Origin: Microbacteriaceae bacterium
GTDB lineage: Bacteria > Actinomycetota > Actinomycetes > Actinomycetales > Microbacteriaceae
Reading direction: 5' to 3'
Assembly (NCBI GenBank): GCA_050245915.1
Contig: JBFWWZ010000007.1
Coordinates: forward strand, 4,647 to 68,646
Length of the DNA stretch: 64,000 bases
The notes beneath the pieces are model-generated. The model worked only from the letters and a program-made list of their open reading frames with translations, searched no databases and had not been told where the DNA came from. The translations under genes and the position numbers were made by a program. Position 1 is the stretch's first letter. Every line of letters begins with the position of its first letter. Shown piece by piece: positions 37,266 to 46,662 of this stretch.

Positions 37266-38317
37266 TGAGCACCCCCTTCGACATCCTCCGCTGCGCGTAC
37301 GCCGAGCTGGTCGTCACCGACCTCGCCGCCTCCCGTGCGTTCTACGTCGACGTCCTCGGCCTCACCGTCAGCTACGAGGACGACCAGACGATCCACCTCC
37401 GCACCCTGGAGGAGTTCATCCACCACAATCTGGTGCTGCGCACAGGCCCGGTCGCCGCGGCGGCCGCGCTCGCGTTCCGCGTCCGCACGCCTCAGGATGT
37501 CGACAACGCCGAGGCCTACTACCGCGACGTGCTGGGCTGCCGCACCGAGCGCCGGCGCGAGGGCTTCGTGCACGGGATCGGAGACGCGGTGCGCGTGACC
37601 GACCCGCTGGGCTTCCCGTACGAGTTCTTCCACGAGGTGGAGCACGTCGAGCGTCTCGCCTGGCGCTACGAGCTGCACACCCCGGGAGCGCTGGTGCGCC
37701 TCGACCACTTCAACCAGGTCACCCCGGACGTCCCGGCCGGCATCGCGTACCTCGAGGGCGTCGGGTTCAAGGTCACCGAGGACATCGAGGACGAAGACGG
37801 CGTCGTCTACGCGGCCTGGATGCAGCGCAAGGGCACCGTGCACGACACGGCGCTCACCGGCGGCAACGGCCCCCGGCTGCACCATGTGGCTTTCGCGACC
37901 CACGAGAAGCACAACATCATCGCGATCTGCGACAAGCTCGGCGCGCTGCGGCTGAGCGACCGGATCGAGCGCGGCCCCGGGCGGCACGGCGTCTCGAACG
38001 CGTTCTACCTCTACATCCTCGACCCCGACGGCCACCGGATCGAGATCTACACGCAGGACTACTACACCGGCGACCCCGACAACCCGGTGGTTCGCTGGGA
38101 CGTGCACGACAACCAGCGGCGCGACTGGTGGGGCAACCCGGTGGTCCCGAGCTGGTACACGGAGGCGTCGACCGTGCTCGACCTCGACGGGCATCCGGTG
38201 CCCGTGGTGCAGCGCGAGGAGCCGTCCGAGGCGGCGGTGACGATCGGGGCCGACGGCTTCTCGTACACCCGCAAGGGCGACACCGAGGAGGGTTTCAAGC
38301 TCGGAGCGCAGCTCTAG
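37265..38317 (+). CDS. hpaD: 3,4-dihydroxyphenylacetate (homoprotocatechuate) 2,3-dioxygenase, type I extradiol
   Basis: 350 aa. As far as I recall them, it is nearly colinear with Brevibacterium fuscum HPCD and Arthrobacter MndD (DILRCAYAELVVTDLA, RLDHFNQV, RLHHVAF, HRIEIYTQDYYTGDPDNP). Confidence 0.9.
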   Translation: MSTPFDILRCAYAELVVTDLAASRAFYVDVLGLTVSYEDDQTIHLRTLEEFIHHNLVLRTGPVAAAAALAFRVRTPQDVDNAEAYYRDVLGCRTERRREGFVHGIGDAVRVTDPLGFPYEFFHEVEHVERLAWRYELHTPGALVRLDHFNQVTPDVPAGIAYLEGVGFKVTEDIEDEDGVVYAAWMQRKGTVHDTALTGGNGPRLHHVAFATHEKHNIIAICDKLGALRLSDRIERGPGRHGVSNAFYLYILDPDGHRIEIYTQDYYTGDPDNPVVRWDVHDNQRRDWWGNPVVPSWYTEASTVLDLDGHPVPVVQREEPSEAAVTIGADGFSYTRKGDTEEGFKLGAQL

Positions 38318-38325
38318 ACGGCGCG

Positions 38326-39108
38326 CTACTCGGTCAGCGCGTACATCGCGACCGCCGCCGCCGCGGCGACGTTCAGCGAGTCGATCCCGTGCCGCATCGG
38401 GATCTGCACGTGGACGTCCGCCGCCTCCAGCGCGTCCGGACCGAGTCCCTCCCCCTCCGTGCCGAGCACCAGCGCAACCCGTTCCGGCGCGGAGAAGTCC
38501 CTCAGCGCGACCGCCTGCGGCGTCAACGCGAGCGCGGCGATCTGGAACCGGCCGGCGTGCAGCACGACGGCGAGCTCCGGCCACCCCGGAGCCCGCGTCC
38601 ACGGCACCTGCAGCACGGTGCCCATGCTGACCCGGATCGCCCGCCGGTAGAGCGGGTCGGCGCAGCTGGGGGTGACGAGCACGGCGTCGGCGCCGATCCC
38701 GGCGACGGAGCGGAAGATGGCGCCCACGTTGGTCGGGTCGACGACGCCGTCGATGACGACCACCCGCCGGGCACTGGCGAGCAGCTCGGCGGGCGCCGCG
38801 AGCGGCGGGCGCTCCATCGACGCGACGACACCACGGTGCAGCACGTAGCCGGTGAGGCCGGCGAGCAGCTCGCCCGGTCCGGTGAAGACGGGGACGTCGG
38901 AGCCGACGAGCTCCTCCACCTGCGGAACCGACGCGGGCAGCGACAGCACGGCGCGCGGCGTGTGCCCGGCGCGGATGGCCCGCTCGAGCACGAGAAGCGA
39001 CTCCGCGAGGTAGAGCGCCGGCCCCGCGCCCCTCCGCAGGTCGACGTCGGTGCGATGCGCGAAATCGGCGAGCCTCGGGTCGGCGAGGTCGTCGATCTCG
39101 ACGATCAT
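38326..39108 (-). CDS. TrmH/SpoU family RNA methyltransferase
   Basis: 260 aa. SpoU methylase motifs VVVIDGVVDPTNVGAIFRS, LVLGTEGEGL and IPMRHGIDSLNVAAAAAV. Confidence 0.85.
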   Translation of the reverse strand: MIVEIDDLADPRLADFAHRTDVDLRRGAGPALYLAESLLVLERAIRAGHTPRAVLSLPASVPQVEELVGSDVPVFTGPGELLAGLTGYVLHRGVVASMERPPLAAPAELLASARRVVVIDGVVDPTNVGAIFRSVAGIGADAVLVTPSCADPLYRRAIRVSMGTVLQVPWTRAPGWPELAVVLHAGRFQIAALALTPQAVALRDFSAPERVALVLGTEGEGLGPDALEAADVHVQIPMRHGIDSLNVAAAAAVAMYALTE

Positions 39109-39115
39109 GGCCGGG

Positions 39116-39199
39116 TCAGAAGAAGACGGTGAGCGCGAACACGACCGCGAGCGCGACCGCGCCCAGGACGGCGGCGCCCATTAGCAGATACGAGAGCAT
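39116..39199 (-). CDS. Possible 27-aa hydrophobic small protein (MLSYLLMGAAVLGAVALAVVFALTVFF)
   Basis: Not in the ORF track because it is under 60 aa. Its ATG shares one base with the pncA-like TGA (TGATG). It is a single predicted TM helix with GC-rich third codon positions. Confidence 0.4.
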   Translation of the reverse strand: MLSYLLMGAAVLGAVALAVVFALTVFF

Positions 39200-39783
39200 C
39201 AGGCCTCCGAGCTCGGGATGATGTCGGCGCCCGCGTCTGCGAGCTCTTTGAGTGCGGCGTCGGACGACGCGGGGGCGACTCCGGCGATCAGGTCGGTCAG
39301 CACGCGCACGTGCCGGCCCGCCGCGATCGCGTCGAGCGCGGAGGCCCGCACGCAGTAGTCGGTGGCGATGCCCACGACGTCGACATCGGTGACCTCGAGT
39401 TCGTCGAGCGCCTCGGTGAAGCCGGACCCGGCATCCGTCACGCCTTCGAAGATCGAGTACGCCGGCTTGCCCTGGCCTTTGCGCACATGCACGTCGACGA
39501 GCGTGGTGTCGAGCGCCGGGTGGTAGTCGGCGCCCGGCTCCCCGGCGACGCAGTGCCGCGGCCAGGTGTCGACGAAGTCGGGCTCACCGGTGGCGAAGTG
39601 CCCGCCGTTGTCGTCGCCGCCGTTGTGCCAGTCGCGGGAGGCGAACACCACGTCGTACTGGTCGGGATGCGACCGCAGGAACTCCGTGACGCCGGCAGCG
39701 ACCGCGGACCCGCCCTCGACTCCCAGGGCACCGCCCTCGGTGAAGTCGTTCTGCACGTCGATGATGAGAAGGGCGCGGGTCAT
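39199..39783 (-). CDS. pncA: Isochorismatase family protein, nicotinamidase/pyrazinamidase-like
   Basis: 194 aa with LLIIDVQNDF, a metal/His region (DWHNG..HF) and the catalytic Cys context GIATDYCV. Confidence 0.82.
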   Translation of the reverse strand: MTRALLIIDVQNDFTEGGALGVEGGSAVAAGVTEFLRSHPDQYDVVFASRDWHNGGDDNGGHFATGEPDFVDTWPRHCVAGEPGADYHPALDTTLVDVHVRKGQGKPAYSIFEGVTDAGSGFTEALDELEVTDVDVVGIATDYCVRASALDAIAAGRHVRVLTDLIAGVAPASSDAALKELADAGADIIPSSEA

Positions 39784-39790
39784 GGCTCTC

Positions 39791-41386
39791 CTAGAAACGG
39801 GCGAGGTTGTCGCCGCAGGTGAAGACGGCGGTGGTCAGGGTGTCGAGCGCCTCCTTGGCGTCGTCCTGGATGCCGTCGCCGACCGCGTAGAACGCGAACG
39901 TCAGACGGGTGCCGTCTGCAGCATCCATGAACCCGGCCAGGGAGTACTCGGTGTCGATCCATCCGGTCTTCGCCACGACGAAGCCGCGGGCGATCTCGTT
40001 CGCGCCGGTGAAGCGGTTGGAGAGGCTGCCGCTCTTGCCGGCGACCGGGAGCGCGTCGCGCACGACATCGAGGTTCTCGCCGCCCGAGGCCACGCGGCGC
40101 ATGAACTCCGACATCACGTCGGCGGGGACGGCGTTGTTCTCGCTCAGCCCCGAACCGTCTTTGATGACGACGCTGCGCGCGGTCTCGGGGTCTTCCGGCC
40201 ACAGCAGGCTCGGGATGGCCTGCTGGAGGGATGCCGCCGAGCCGCCGAGGCCGGACTCCTTGGACACGATCCGCGCGATCATCTCGGCGAGCGTGTTGTC
40301 GCTGTTCAGCAGCATCTGCGGGATCAGCACGCGCAGCGGCTGCGACTTCACCTCGGCGAGCACGTTGCCGTTGTTGGCGATGCCCGTGGTGATCGAGACG
40401 TCGTTCGCGACGACGTTGCCCGGGTCGGCGTCTTTGAGCGCCGCGACGAAGGCCTCGCCGGCACGGGCGATCGGGTCGGTGCTGCGCGGGCTGGTCTGCT
40501 TGGTGGGGTCGGCGCGGTCACCGTCGACCTGCAGTGCGGTCACCTCGGAGTGGTACCCGATGGTCTGCTCGCTGCGCTTCCAGCTGGGGTCCCACTTGTC
40601 GCTGGGGTTCCAGTAGCTGGCGTCGAGCACCACGTTGGTGATCTTCTGCCCGGGGTTGGCGGCGCTGTACTGGGCGATGACGGCGGCCGCGAGAGTGCTG
40701 AGCTTGGGTGCGCCCGAGTAGACGCTCTCGGTGCCGGGCGGCATCGCACTGAGGGTCGCGTCGCCGCGGCCGACGAGCACGATGGTGCCGGGGGTGGTGC
40801 CGGAGACGACGCTGGTGGTGATCTGGTAGTCGGCGCCGAGCTGCATGACCGCCGCCGCCGCTGTGAGCACCTTCAGGGTGCTGGCCGTGCGCTCGGGCAC
40901 CGTGCCGCGGAGGTTGAAGAGCTCCTCGCCGGTGTCGGCGCGACGCACCGACCCGAACAAGCCGTTCAGCATGCGCGGGTCGTAGGCGAGAGCCATCACC
41001 GAGCAGGTGCGCAGCGCCATGGGTGTGGGTTCGGTGACAGGTTGCGACCGCGTAGCCAGCTGGGTCGCGGTGGGGGCGGGGGCTCCGGCGGTGGACCCGT
41101 ATGCGACACCGGCGAACACCGCGCCCGTGCCGAGCATCAGGAACGCGACGCCGAGTGCGCCGATCAGCCAGCGGGTCGGATGCTTGCGGACGAGGGCCAT
41201 GATGCCGCCCTTCGGCGCGATCGGCTCGCCGTTCTCGTCGAGGAGGACCGGGGCCTGCTCCGTCGCCGCGCCCTCCCCGCGCGGGGCGCGCGGCGCGCGG
41301 GGCGCCCGCGGCTCGCGCGGCGGCTTGGCCGCCTTCGAGGCGGATTCGCGGGCAGCGCGACGCGAGGGAGGAGGCGCGTCGGTCAC
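39791..41386 (-). CDS. dacB: D-alanyl-D-alanine carboxypeptidase/endopeptidase (PBP4, peptidase S13)
   Basis: 531 aa. N-terminal charged tail plus a TM helix, SxxK (ASTLKV), SDN (LNSDNTLAE) and KTG (AKTGWI). GTG start. Confidence 0.88.
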   Translation of the reverse strand: MTDAPPPSRRAARESASKAAKPPREPRAPRAPRAPRGEGAATEQAPVLLDENGEPIAPKGGIMALVRKHPTRWLIGALGVAFLMLGTGAVFAGVAYGSTAGAPAPTATQLATRSQPVTEPTPMALRTCSVMALAYDPRMLNGLFGSVRRADTGEELFNLRGTVPERTASTLKVLTAAAAVMQLGADYQITTSVVSGTTPGTIVLVGRGDATLSAMPPGTESVYSGAPKLSTLAAAVIAQYSAANPGQKITNVVLDASYWNPSDKWDPSWKRSEQTIGYHSEVTALQVDGDRADPTKQTSPRSTDPIARAGEAFVAALKDADPGNVVANDVSITTGIANNGNVLAEVKSQPLRVLIPQMLLNSDNTLAEMIARIVSKESGLGGSAASLQQAIPSLLWPEDPETARSVVIKDGSGLSENNAVPADVMSEFMRRVASGGENLDVVRDALPVAGKSGSLSNRFTGANEIARGFVVAKTGWIDTEYSLAGFMDAADGTRLTFAFYAVGDGIQDDAKEALDTLTTAVFTCGDNLARF

Positions 41387-41433
41387 CTGGCCATATTAGG
41401 CGAGGTTCCCCACAGCATCCTGGACGGCGTCGC

Positions 41434-42288
41434 CTAGTCGGTGATGGGGTCGACCCGGGGTGAGATCCGGCTGGACGGCACCCGGTCGGAGCAGTCGCCC
41501 CAGCGCGCGGCGGCGCGCGCGAACACGGAGGGCTCATCGGGCACCCCGCCGTGACTGACCGCGAAGAAGATGCACACCGAGGTCATGCTGCCGCTGTAGT
41601 CGGGGTTGTACAGGGAGATCCGGTGGCCCGTCGAGTCCCACCATTTGCGGGCGAATGTCTCGCCGACGTTGTTGTACCCACCCGCGAGATTGCCGTCGCA
41701 GCCCACGGAGGGGACGCCGTCGCTGCGCACGGATCCGATGTGCCCCCATGCGCTCAGCGGATCGGTGCTGGGATCCTCCGCCATCCAGAACAGGCGCTGC
41801 TCCATGCACGGGTCGTAACGGAAGTTCGCGAGCGGCACCGGCTCCAGGCAGTGAGCGACGCGCTGGGCGTTGTACGCGAGGGCGAAGGAGCGCAGGTCCG
41901 CACTCGTCGTCCCGGCGACCCCTCCTGCCGAGGTGATGCCGAGCGCTCCGGGGGTGGTGCCGCTGGCGAGGGGCTCCGGGCAGGTTGCCGCGGCCATCGC
42001 CGGCGCCGCCGCCACCGGGCTCGCGGACGGGGATGTCGTGGCGGTGGGTTCCGGGGAGGGCTCGGCGGTCAGTGTGCCGCTCGGCGTCCCGCTCTGCGGG
42101 ACGGAGCGCACGACGACACCGGATACGGTGCGCTCGGCAGGCGGTCGGCTGTCGCCGGGGGCGTCGGCGAGAGGCGCCTCCGCGACGGCGGCAGGGGCGA
42201 AGACGGTCACGGCGACCGCACCTCCCGCGATGCCGCCGGTGATGACGGCGAGCGCCGCGGCGAGTACGCCGACCACCCGAGTGCCCAT
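41434..42288 (-). CDS. Membrane-anchored secreted protein with tentative CAP/SCP-like C-terminal domain
   Basis: 284 aa. N-terminal TM/signal anchor, a Pro/Ser/Thr/Ala-rich linker, and a Cys-containing C-terminal domain with WWDSTGHRISLYNP (resembles the CAP family HxxN motif). Confidence 0.6.
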   Translation of the reverse strand: MGTRVVGVLAAALAVITGGIAGGAVAVTVFAPAAVAEAPLADAPGDSRPPAERTVSGVVVRSVPQSGTPSGTLTAEPSPEPTATTSPSASPVAAAPAMAAATCPEPLASGTTPGALGITSAGGVAGTTSADLRSFALAYNAQRVAHCLEPVPLANFRYDPCMEQRLFWMAEDPSTDPLSAWGHIGSVRSDGVPSVGCDGNLAGGYNNVGETFARKWWDSTGHRISLYNPDYSGSMTSVCIFFAVSHGGVPDEPSVFARAAARWGDCSDRVPSSRISPRVDPITD

Positions 42289-42372
42289 GGCTCGATCCCC
42301 CCAGACCAGGGAGCCAGTCTCGCGGGAGTTCTGGGGGTGGACAAGCGTTCCGCCCCCGGACTGGGGGTAGGG

Positions 42373-43491
42373 CTACGAGGCCCGGTCGGGGACCTCGCGC
42401 TGCTCAGGTCCAACGTATTCGGACAGCGGGCGGATGAGGGCGTTGGCCTCCAGCTGCTCGATGACGTGCGCGGTCCAGCCGGTGACCCGGGACGCGACGA
42501 AGAGCGGGGTGAAGATCTCGGTGTCGAATCCGATCAGGTGGTAGGCCGGGCCGCTCGGGTAGTCGAGGTTCGGCTTGATGCCTTTCGCGTCATCCATCGC
42601 CTTCTCGAGGGCGTCGTAGAGCTCGGCGAGGTCGGGCCGGTCGTACTCGGCGACCAGGCTGTCGAGCGCCTTCTTCATGGTGGGCACGCGGGAGTCGCCG
42701 TTCTTGTAGACGCGGTGACCGAAGCCCATGATCTTGCGTTTCTCGGCGAGTGCGCGGTCGAGCCAGGCCTGCGCCCGATCGGCCGTCCCGATCTCGTCGA
42801 AGACGTGCATGACGGCCTCGTTGGCCCCGCCGTGCAGCGCCCCCTTGAGTGCGCCGATGCCGGCGACGACGGCCGAGTACATGTCGGAGAGCGTGCTCGT
42901 GACGACCCGCGCCGTGAAGGTCGAGGCGTTGAACGAGTGCTCGGCGTACAGCGTCATCGAGACGTCGAACGCGCTGACCACGACGAGGTCGGGCACCTCG
43001 CCGAATGTCATGTGCAGGAAGTTCGCGCTGTAGCCGAGGTCGTCGCGGGGCTCGACCGGGTCGAGTCCCCGACGGCGGCGCTGCGTGTACGCGACGATGG
43101 CGGGGAGCTTCGCGAACAGGCGCTTCGCCTTGCCGAGGTTCTCGTCGCGGCGCATGTCGGGGGTCTCGGGGTCGCTCGCACCGATGACGCTGACCGCGGT
43201 GCGGACGACATCCATCGGGTGGGCGGTGAGCGGCAGCTCGTCGATGACGCGTTTCACGTTGTCATCGAGGGCCCGGTGTGCGCGCTCGAAGTTCTGGAAC
43301 TGCACCAGCTGCAGGTCGGTCGGCAGCTCGCCGTACCAGAGCAGGTAGGCGACCTCCTCGAACGAGCACTTCTCGGCCAGCTCCTGCACCGGGTAGCCGC
43401 GGTACAGCAGGGAGTTGGTCTCGGGGTTGACCTTCGAGATCGACGTGGTGTCGACCACGACGCCGGCGAGGCCCTTCTTGATGTCGCTCAT
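42373..43491 (-). CDS. prpC: 2-methylcitrate synthase / citrate synthase
   Basis: 372 aa starting from ATG 43491 (ATGA overlap with prpB). Citrate synthase motifs GALKGALHGGANE and GFGHRVYKNGDSR. Confidence 0.9.
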   Translation of the reverse strand: MSDIKKGLAGVVVDTTSISKVNPETNSLLYRGYPVQELAEKCSFEEVAYLLWYGELPTDLQLVQFQNFERAHRALDDNVKRVIDELPLTAHPMDVVRTAVSVIGASDPETPDMRRDENLGKAKRLFAKLPAIVAYTQRRRRGLDPVEPRDDLGYSANFLHMTFGEVPDLVVVSAFDVSMTLYAEHSFNASTFTARVVTSTLSDMYSAVVAGIGALKGALHGGANEAVMHVFDEIGTADRAQAWLDRALAEKRKIMGFGHRVYKNGDSRVPTMKKALDSLVAEYDRPDLAELYDALEKAMDDAKGIKPNLDYPSGPAYHLIGFDTEIFTPLFVASRVTGWTAHVIEQLEANALIRPLSEYVGPEQREVPDRAS

Positions 43492-44402
43492 GCACCGCTC
43501 CTGTTGTTCGTCAGGTCGAACGTATAGATACCCGCGTCGAATGCGGAATAGCCCTCGTAGTCGATGAGGTCGTAGAGGTCGGCGCGGGTCTGCATCTCGG
43601 GCACGACGGAGTCGAGGGTGCCCTCGGCGTTCAGGGCGTCGAGCGCGCGATCGGCGGCGCCCATGGCGAGGCGCAGCAGCGAGACCGGGTGGATGACGAC
43701 GTTCACCCCGACATCGTGCAGTTGCGCGTGGGTCCACAGCGGCGACTTCCCGAATTCGGTCATGTTCGCGAGGATCGGCACCTCGACGGCGGCGCGGATC
43801 GCGGCGAACTCCTCGAGCGACGCCATCGCCTCGGGGAAGATCGCGTCCGCCCCGGCGTCGACGAGCGCCTTCGCGCGATCGACGGCGGCCTGCAGGCCGT
43901 CCACTCCGCGGATGTCGGTGCGCGCCATGATCAGGAAGCCGGGGTCGCGGCGCCCCTCGACGGCGGCGCGGATGCGCTTGAGAGCCGTGGTCTCATCCAC
44001 CACCTCTTTGCCGTCGAGGTGCCCGCAGCGCTTCGGGTTCACCTGATCTTCGAGATGCATGCCCGAGACGCCGGCGTCTTCGAGCACCTGCACCGTGCGG
44101 GCGACGTTCATCGGCTCGCCGAAACCGGTGTCGGCGTCGATCAACGTCGGGAGGTCGGTGACGCGGGCGATCTGGCCACCGCGCTGGGCGACCTCGGTGA
44201 GCGTGGTGAGCCCGATGTCGGGGAGGCCGAGATCCGCGCTCAGCACGGCGCCGGAGATGTAGACGCCCTCGAAGCCCTTGCGTTCGATGAGTTGCGCGCT
44301 CAGCGGGTTGAAGGCCCCCGGCATCCTGATCAGCTCGCCGGAGGCGAGGCGTTCGCGGAACGCGGCGCGTTTCGCGCTCGCGGCGAGCTTCGAATGCAGC
44401 AT
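43488..44402 (-). CDS. prpB: Methylisocitrate lyase
   Basis: 304 aa starting from ATG 44402. ICL/PEP-mutase family motifs IDADTGFG and KRCGHLDGK. Confidence 0.9.
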   Translation of the reverse strand: MLHSKLAASAKRAAFRERLASGELIRMPGAFNPLSAQLIERKGFEGVYISGAVLSADLGLPDIGLTTLTEVAQRGGQIARVTDLPTLIDADTGFGEPMNVARTVQVLEDAGVSGMHLEDQVNPKRCGHLDGKEVVDETTALKRIRAAVEGRRDPGFLIMARTDIRGVDGLQAAVDRAKALVDAGADAIFPEAMASLEEFAAIRAAVEVPILANMTEFGKSPLWTHAQLHDVGVNVVIHPVSLLRLAMGAADRALDALNAEGTLDSVVPEMQTRADLYDLIDYEGYSAFDAGIYTFDLTNNRSGA

Positions 44403-45919
44403 CAGAAGAGTCCCTTCGGGGCGGCGGGAAGGCCCGCGGCGATCACGTTCAGCTCGCCGACCTCGGCGGCGGTCAGCTCGGGCAGCCGCTCGGCGAGGGC
44501 GAGGAACCGCTCGATCTCGGCGGCGTCGAGCACCGGCTCGGCCAGCATCCGGAACTTGCGGATGTAGTCGGCCCGCGCGAACGGCCGCTTGCCGAGCGGG
44601 TGGGCGTCGGCGACCGCGATCTCGTCGACGATGCGCTCGCCGTTCGCGAGCTCGATCTCGACCCTGCCCCCGAATGCCTTCTCGGTGAGGTCGTTCGAGT
44701 GGTAGCGGCGGGTCCACTCCGCGTCCTCGACGGTGGTGACCTTGTGCCACAGCTCGACCGTGTCGGGGCGCTGCGCGCGTTCGGGAGCGTACGACCTCTC
44801 GTGATCCCAGGCGCCGTCCTGCAGCGCGACCGTGAAGATGTACGGGATCGAGTGGTCGAGGGTCTCGCGGCTCGCGGTCGGGTCGTACTTCTGCGGGTCG
44901 TTGGCGCCGGAGCCGATCACGTAGTGGGTGTGGTGGCTGGTGTGCAGCACGATGCTCGCGATGTTCGCCGGGTCGCGCAGCTCGGGGTGCGCCTCGCCGA
45001 GCGCGCGCGCGAGGTCGATCCAGGCCTGCGCCTGGTACTCGGCCGAGTGCTCTTTCGTGTACGTGTCCAGGATGCCGCGCTTGGCTTCGCCGCGCTCGGG
45101 CAGCGGCACCTCGTACCGGCCCTCGGGCCCGTCGAGCAGCCAGGCGATCACGCCGTCCTCCCCCTCCCAGATCGGGCTGGGACTGGTCTGTCCCCGCATC
45201 GCGCGGTCGACGGCCTCGACGGCCATCTTGCCGGCGAACGCGGGGGCGGATGCCTTCCAGGTCGAGATCTCGCCCTTGCGCGACTGCCGGGTCGCCGTCG
45301 TGGTGTGCAGGGCCTGGCCGATCGCCTGGTAGATCGTCTCCACATCCAGCCCGAGCAGGGTGCCGATGCCGGCCGCCGCCGACGGGCCGAGGTGCGCGAC
45401 GTGGTCGATCTTGTGGGCGTGCAGCGAGATCGCCTTCACCAGGTCGACCTGGATCTCGTACCCGGTGGCGATGCCGCGCACCAGCGCCGCACCGTCTGTG
45501 CCGGCATGCTGCGCCACCGCGAGGATCGGCGGGATGTTGTCGCCCGGGTGCGAGTACTCCGCCGCCAGGAACGTGTCGTGGTAGTCGAGCTCACGCACGG
45601 CGACCCCGTTCGCGTACGCCGCCCACTCGGGGCTGTACCGGCCCTCGATGCCGAACACGGTCGCCCCCCGGTGATCGAGCCTGTCGAGATCCGAGACCGC
45701 ATGCGCCTCCGCCTGCCCCCGCGCCGCGACGACGGGCGCCCGCTTCAGCGACGCCACCGCGACGGAGGCATTGTCGATGACCCGGTTGATGATCATCTCC
45801 ACGACCTCGGGGTCGACGGCGACGGGGTCGGCCGCCACCTCCGCGATCTTCCAGGCGAGCTGCTGCTCGCGCGGCAGCTCTTCCGAGCTCTTGTACGTGC
45901 GGACGGGGTGGAGCTTCAC
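44402..45919 (-). CDS. prpD: 2-methylcitrate dehydratase
   Basis: 505 aa starting from GTG 45919 (GTGA overlap with the GntR stop). MmgE/PrpD family layout, in prpB/prpC context. Confidence 0.9.
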   Translation of the reverse strand: MKLHPVRTYKSSEELPREQQLAWKIAEVAADPVAVDPEVVEMIINRVIDNASVAVASLKRAPVVAARGQAEAHAVSDLDRLDHRGATVFGIEGRYSPEWAAYANGVAVRELDYHDTFLAAEYSHPGDNIPPILAVAQHAGTDGAALVRGIATGYEIQVDLVKAISLHAHKIDHVAHLGPSAAAGIGTLLGLDVETIYQAIGQALHTTTATRQSRKGEISTWKASAPAFAGKMAVEAVDRAMRGQTSPSPIWEGEDGVIAWLLDGPEGRYEVPLPERGEAKRGILDTYTKEHSAEYQAQAWIDLARALGEAHPELRDPANIASIVLHTSHHTHYVIGSGANDPQKYDPTASRETLDHSIPYIFTVALQDGAWDHERSYAPERAQRPDTVELWHKVTTVEDAEWTRRYHSNDLTEKAFGGRVEIELANGERIVDEIAVADAHPLGKRPFARADYIRKFRMLAEPVLDAAEIERFLALAERLPELTAAEVGELNVIAAGLPAAPKGLF

Positions 45920-46572
45920 GAGATGCCTTTCTGGCGTTCGGGGGCGGCGAGGGCCGCGACGATGCTCGTCAGCGACGCCCGCAGGTGGACGGAGGTGGCG
46001 GATGCGGCGAGCGCCTCGTCGCCGTCGCGGATCGCCTCGCAGATGAGGCGGTGCTCGTCGGCGGCGCGCAGCAGGCGCTGCGGGTTGTCGGCGGCGAAGC
46101 GGCGGGCGCGGGCGAGGTGGGTGCGGACGCCGTCGAGGGCGGAGCGGATCGCGGCGTTGCCGACGGCGGTGTCGATCGCGTCGTCGAACCGGGCGATCAC
46201 CGCGTAGTAGGCGTCGACGCCGGCGGAGTTCAGGGTGTCGGCGGCGTGGGCGAACTCGGCGGCGAGCTCCGCGAACACCGCGGGCTCGCGGCGGCGGGCG
46301 GCGAGCCGCGCGGCCTGCACCTCGAGCGCTTCGCGCAGCTCGAACAGCTCGGCGACGCTCTCCGCCGACACCTCGGGGACGACACCGGTGCGACCGCGGC
46401 TGGTGTCGACGAGTCCCTCGAGCGCGAGCCGGGCGAGGGCGGCGCGCAGCGGGGTGCGGCTGACGCCGAGTCGCTCGGCCAGGTCGATCTCGCTGAGCGC
46501 CGTGCCGGCGGGCAGCTTGCCGCCGACGATCTCGTCGCGGAGCACCCGATAGGCGCGGTCGCTGGCTCGCAT
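45916..46572 (-). CDS. GntR family transcriptional regulator (FCD subfamily), likely regulator of prpDBC
   Basis: 218 aa with wHTH ([31 protein letters not shown]). It is the first gene of the prp operon. ATG 46572 lies 7 nt downstream of a TACAAT hexamer. Confidence 0.88.
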   Translation of the reverse strand: MRASDRAYRVLRDEIVGGKLPAGTALSEIDLAERLGVSRTPLRAALARLALEGLVDTSRGRTGVVPEVSAESVAELFELREALEVQAARLAARRREPAVFAELAAEFAHAADTLNSAGVDAYYAVIARFDDAIDTAVGNAAIRSALDGVRTHLARARRFAADNPQRLLRAADEHRLICEAIRDGDEALAASATSVHLRASLTSIVAALAAPERQKGIS

Positions 46573-46578
46573 CCGTCA

Positions 46579-46640
46579 ATTGTATACAGAACGACCCTTG
46601 CGCCGCGCGGTACGGCGAGAATGCCCCTGTTCTGTATTCA
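46579..46640. promoter_or_regulatory. Operator/promoter candidates between prpR-like gene and SDR gene
   Basis: The palindrome TGTATACA (46581-46588) lies inside TTGTATACAGAAC. The inverted partner GTTCTGTATTCA is at 46629-46640, giving perfect 9-mers ATACAGAAC / GTTCTGTAT 36 bp apart. -10-like TACAAT (minus strand) and TAGGCT (plus strand) each lie 6 nt from the divergent ATGs. Confidence 0.45.
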
Positions 46641-46662
46641 GAGGCCGGGTTAGGCTGCCGCC

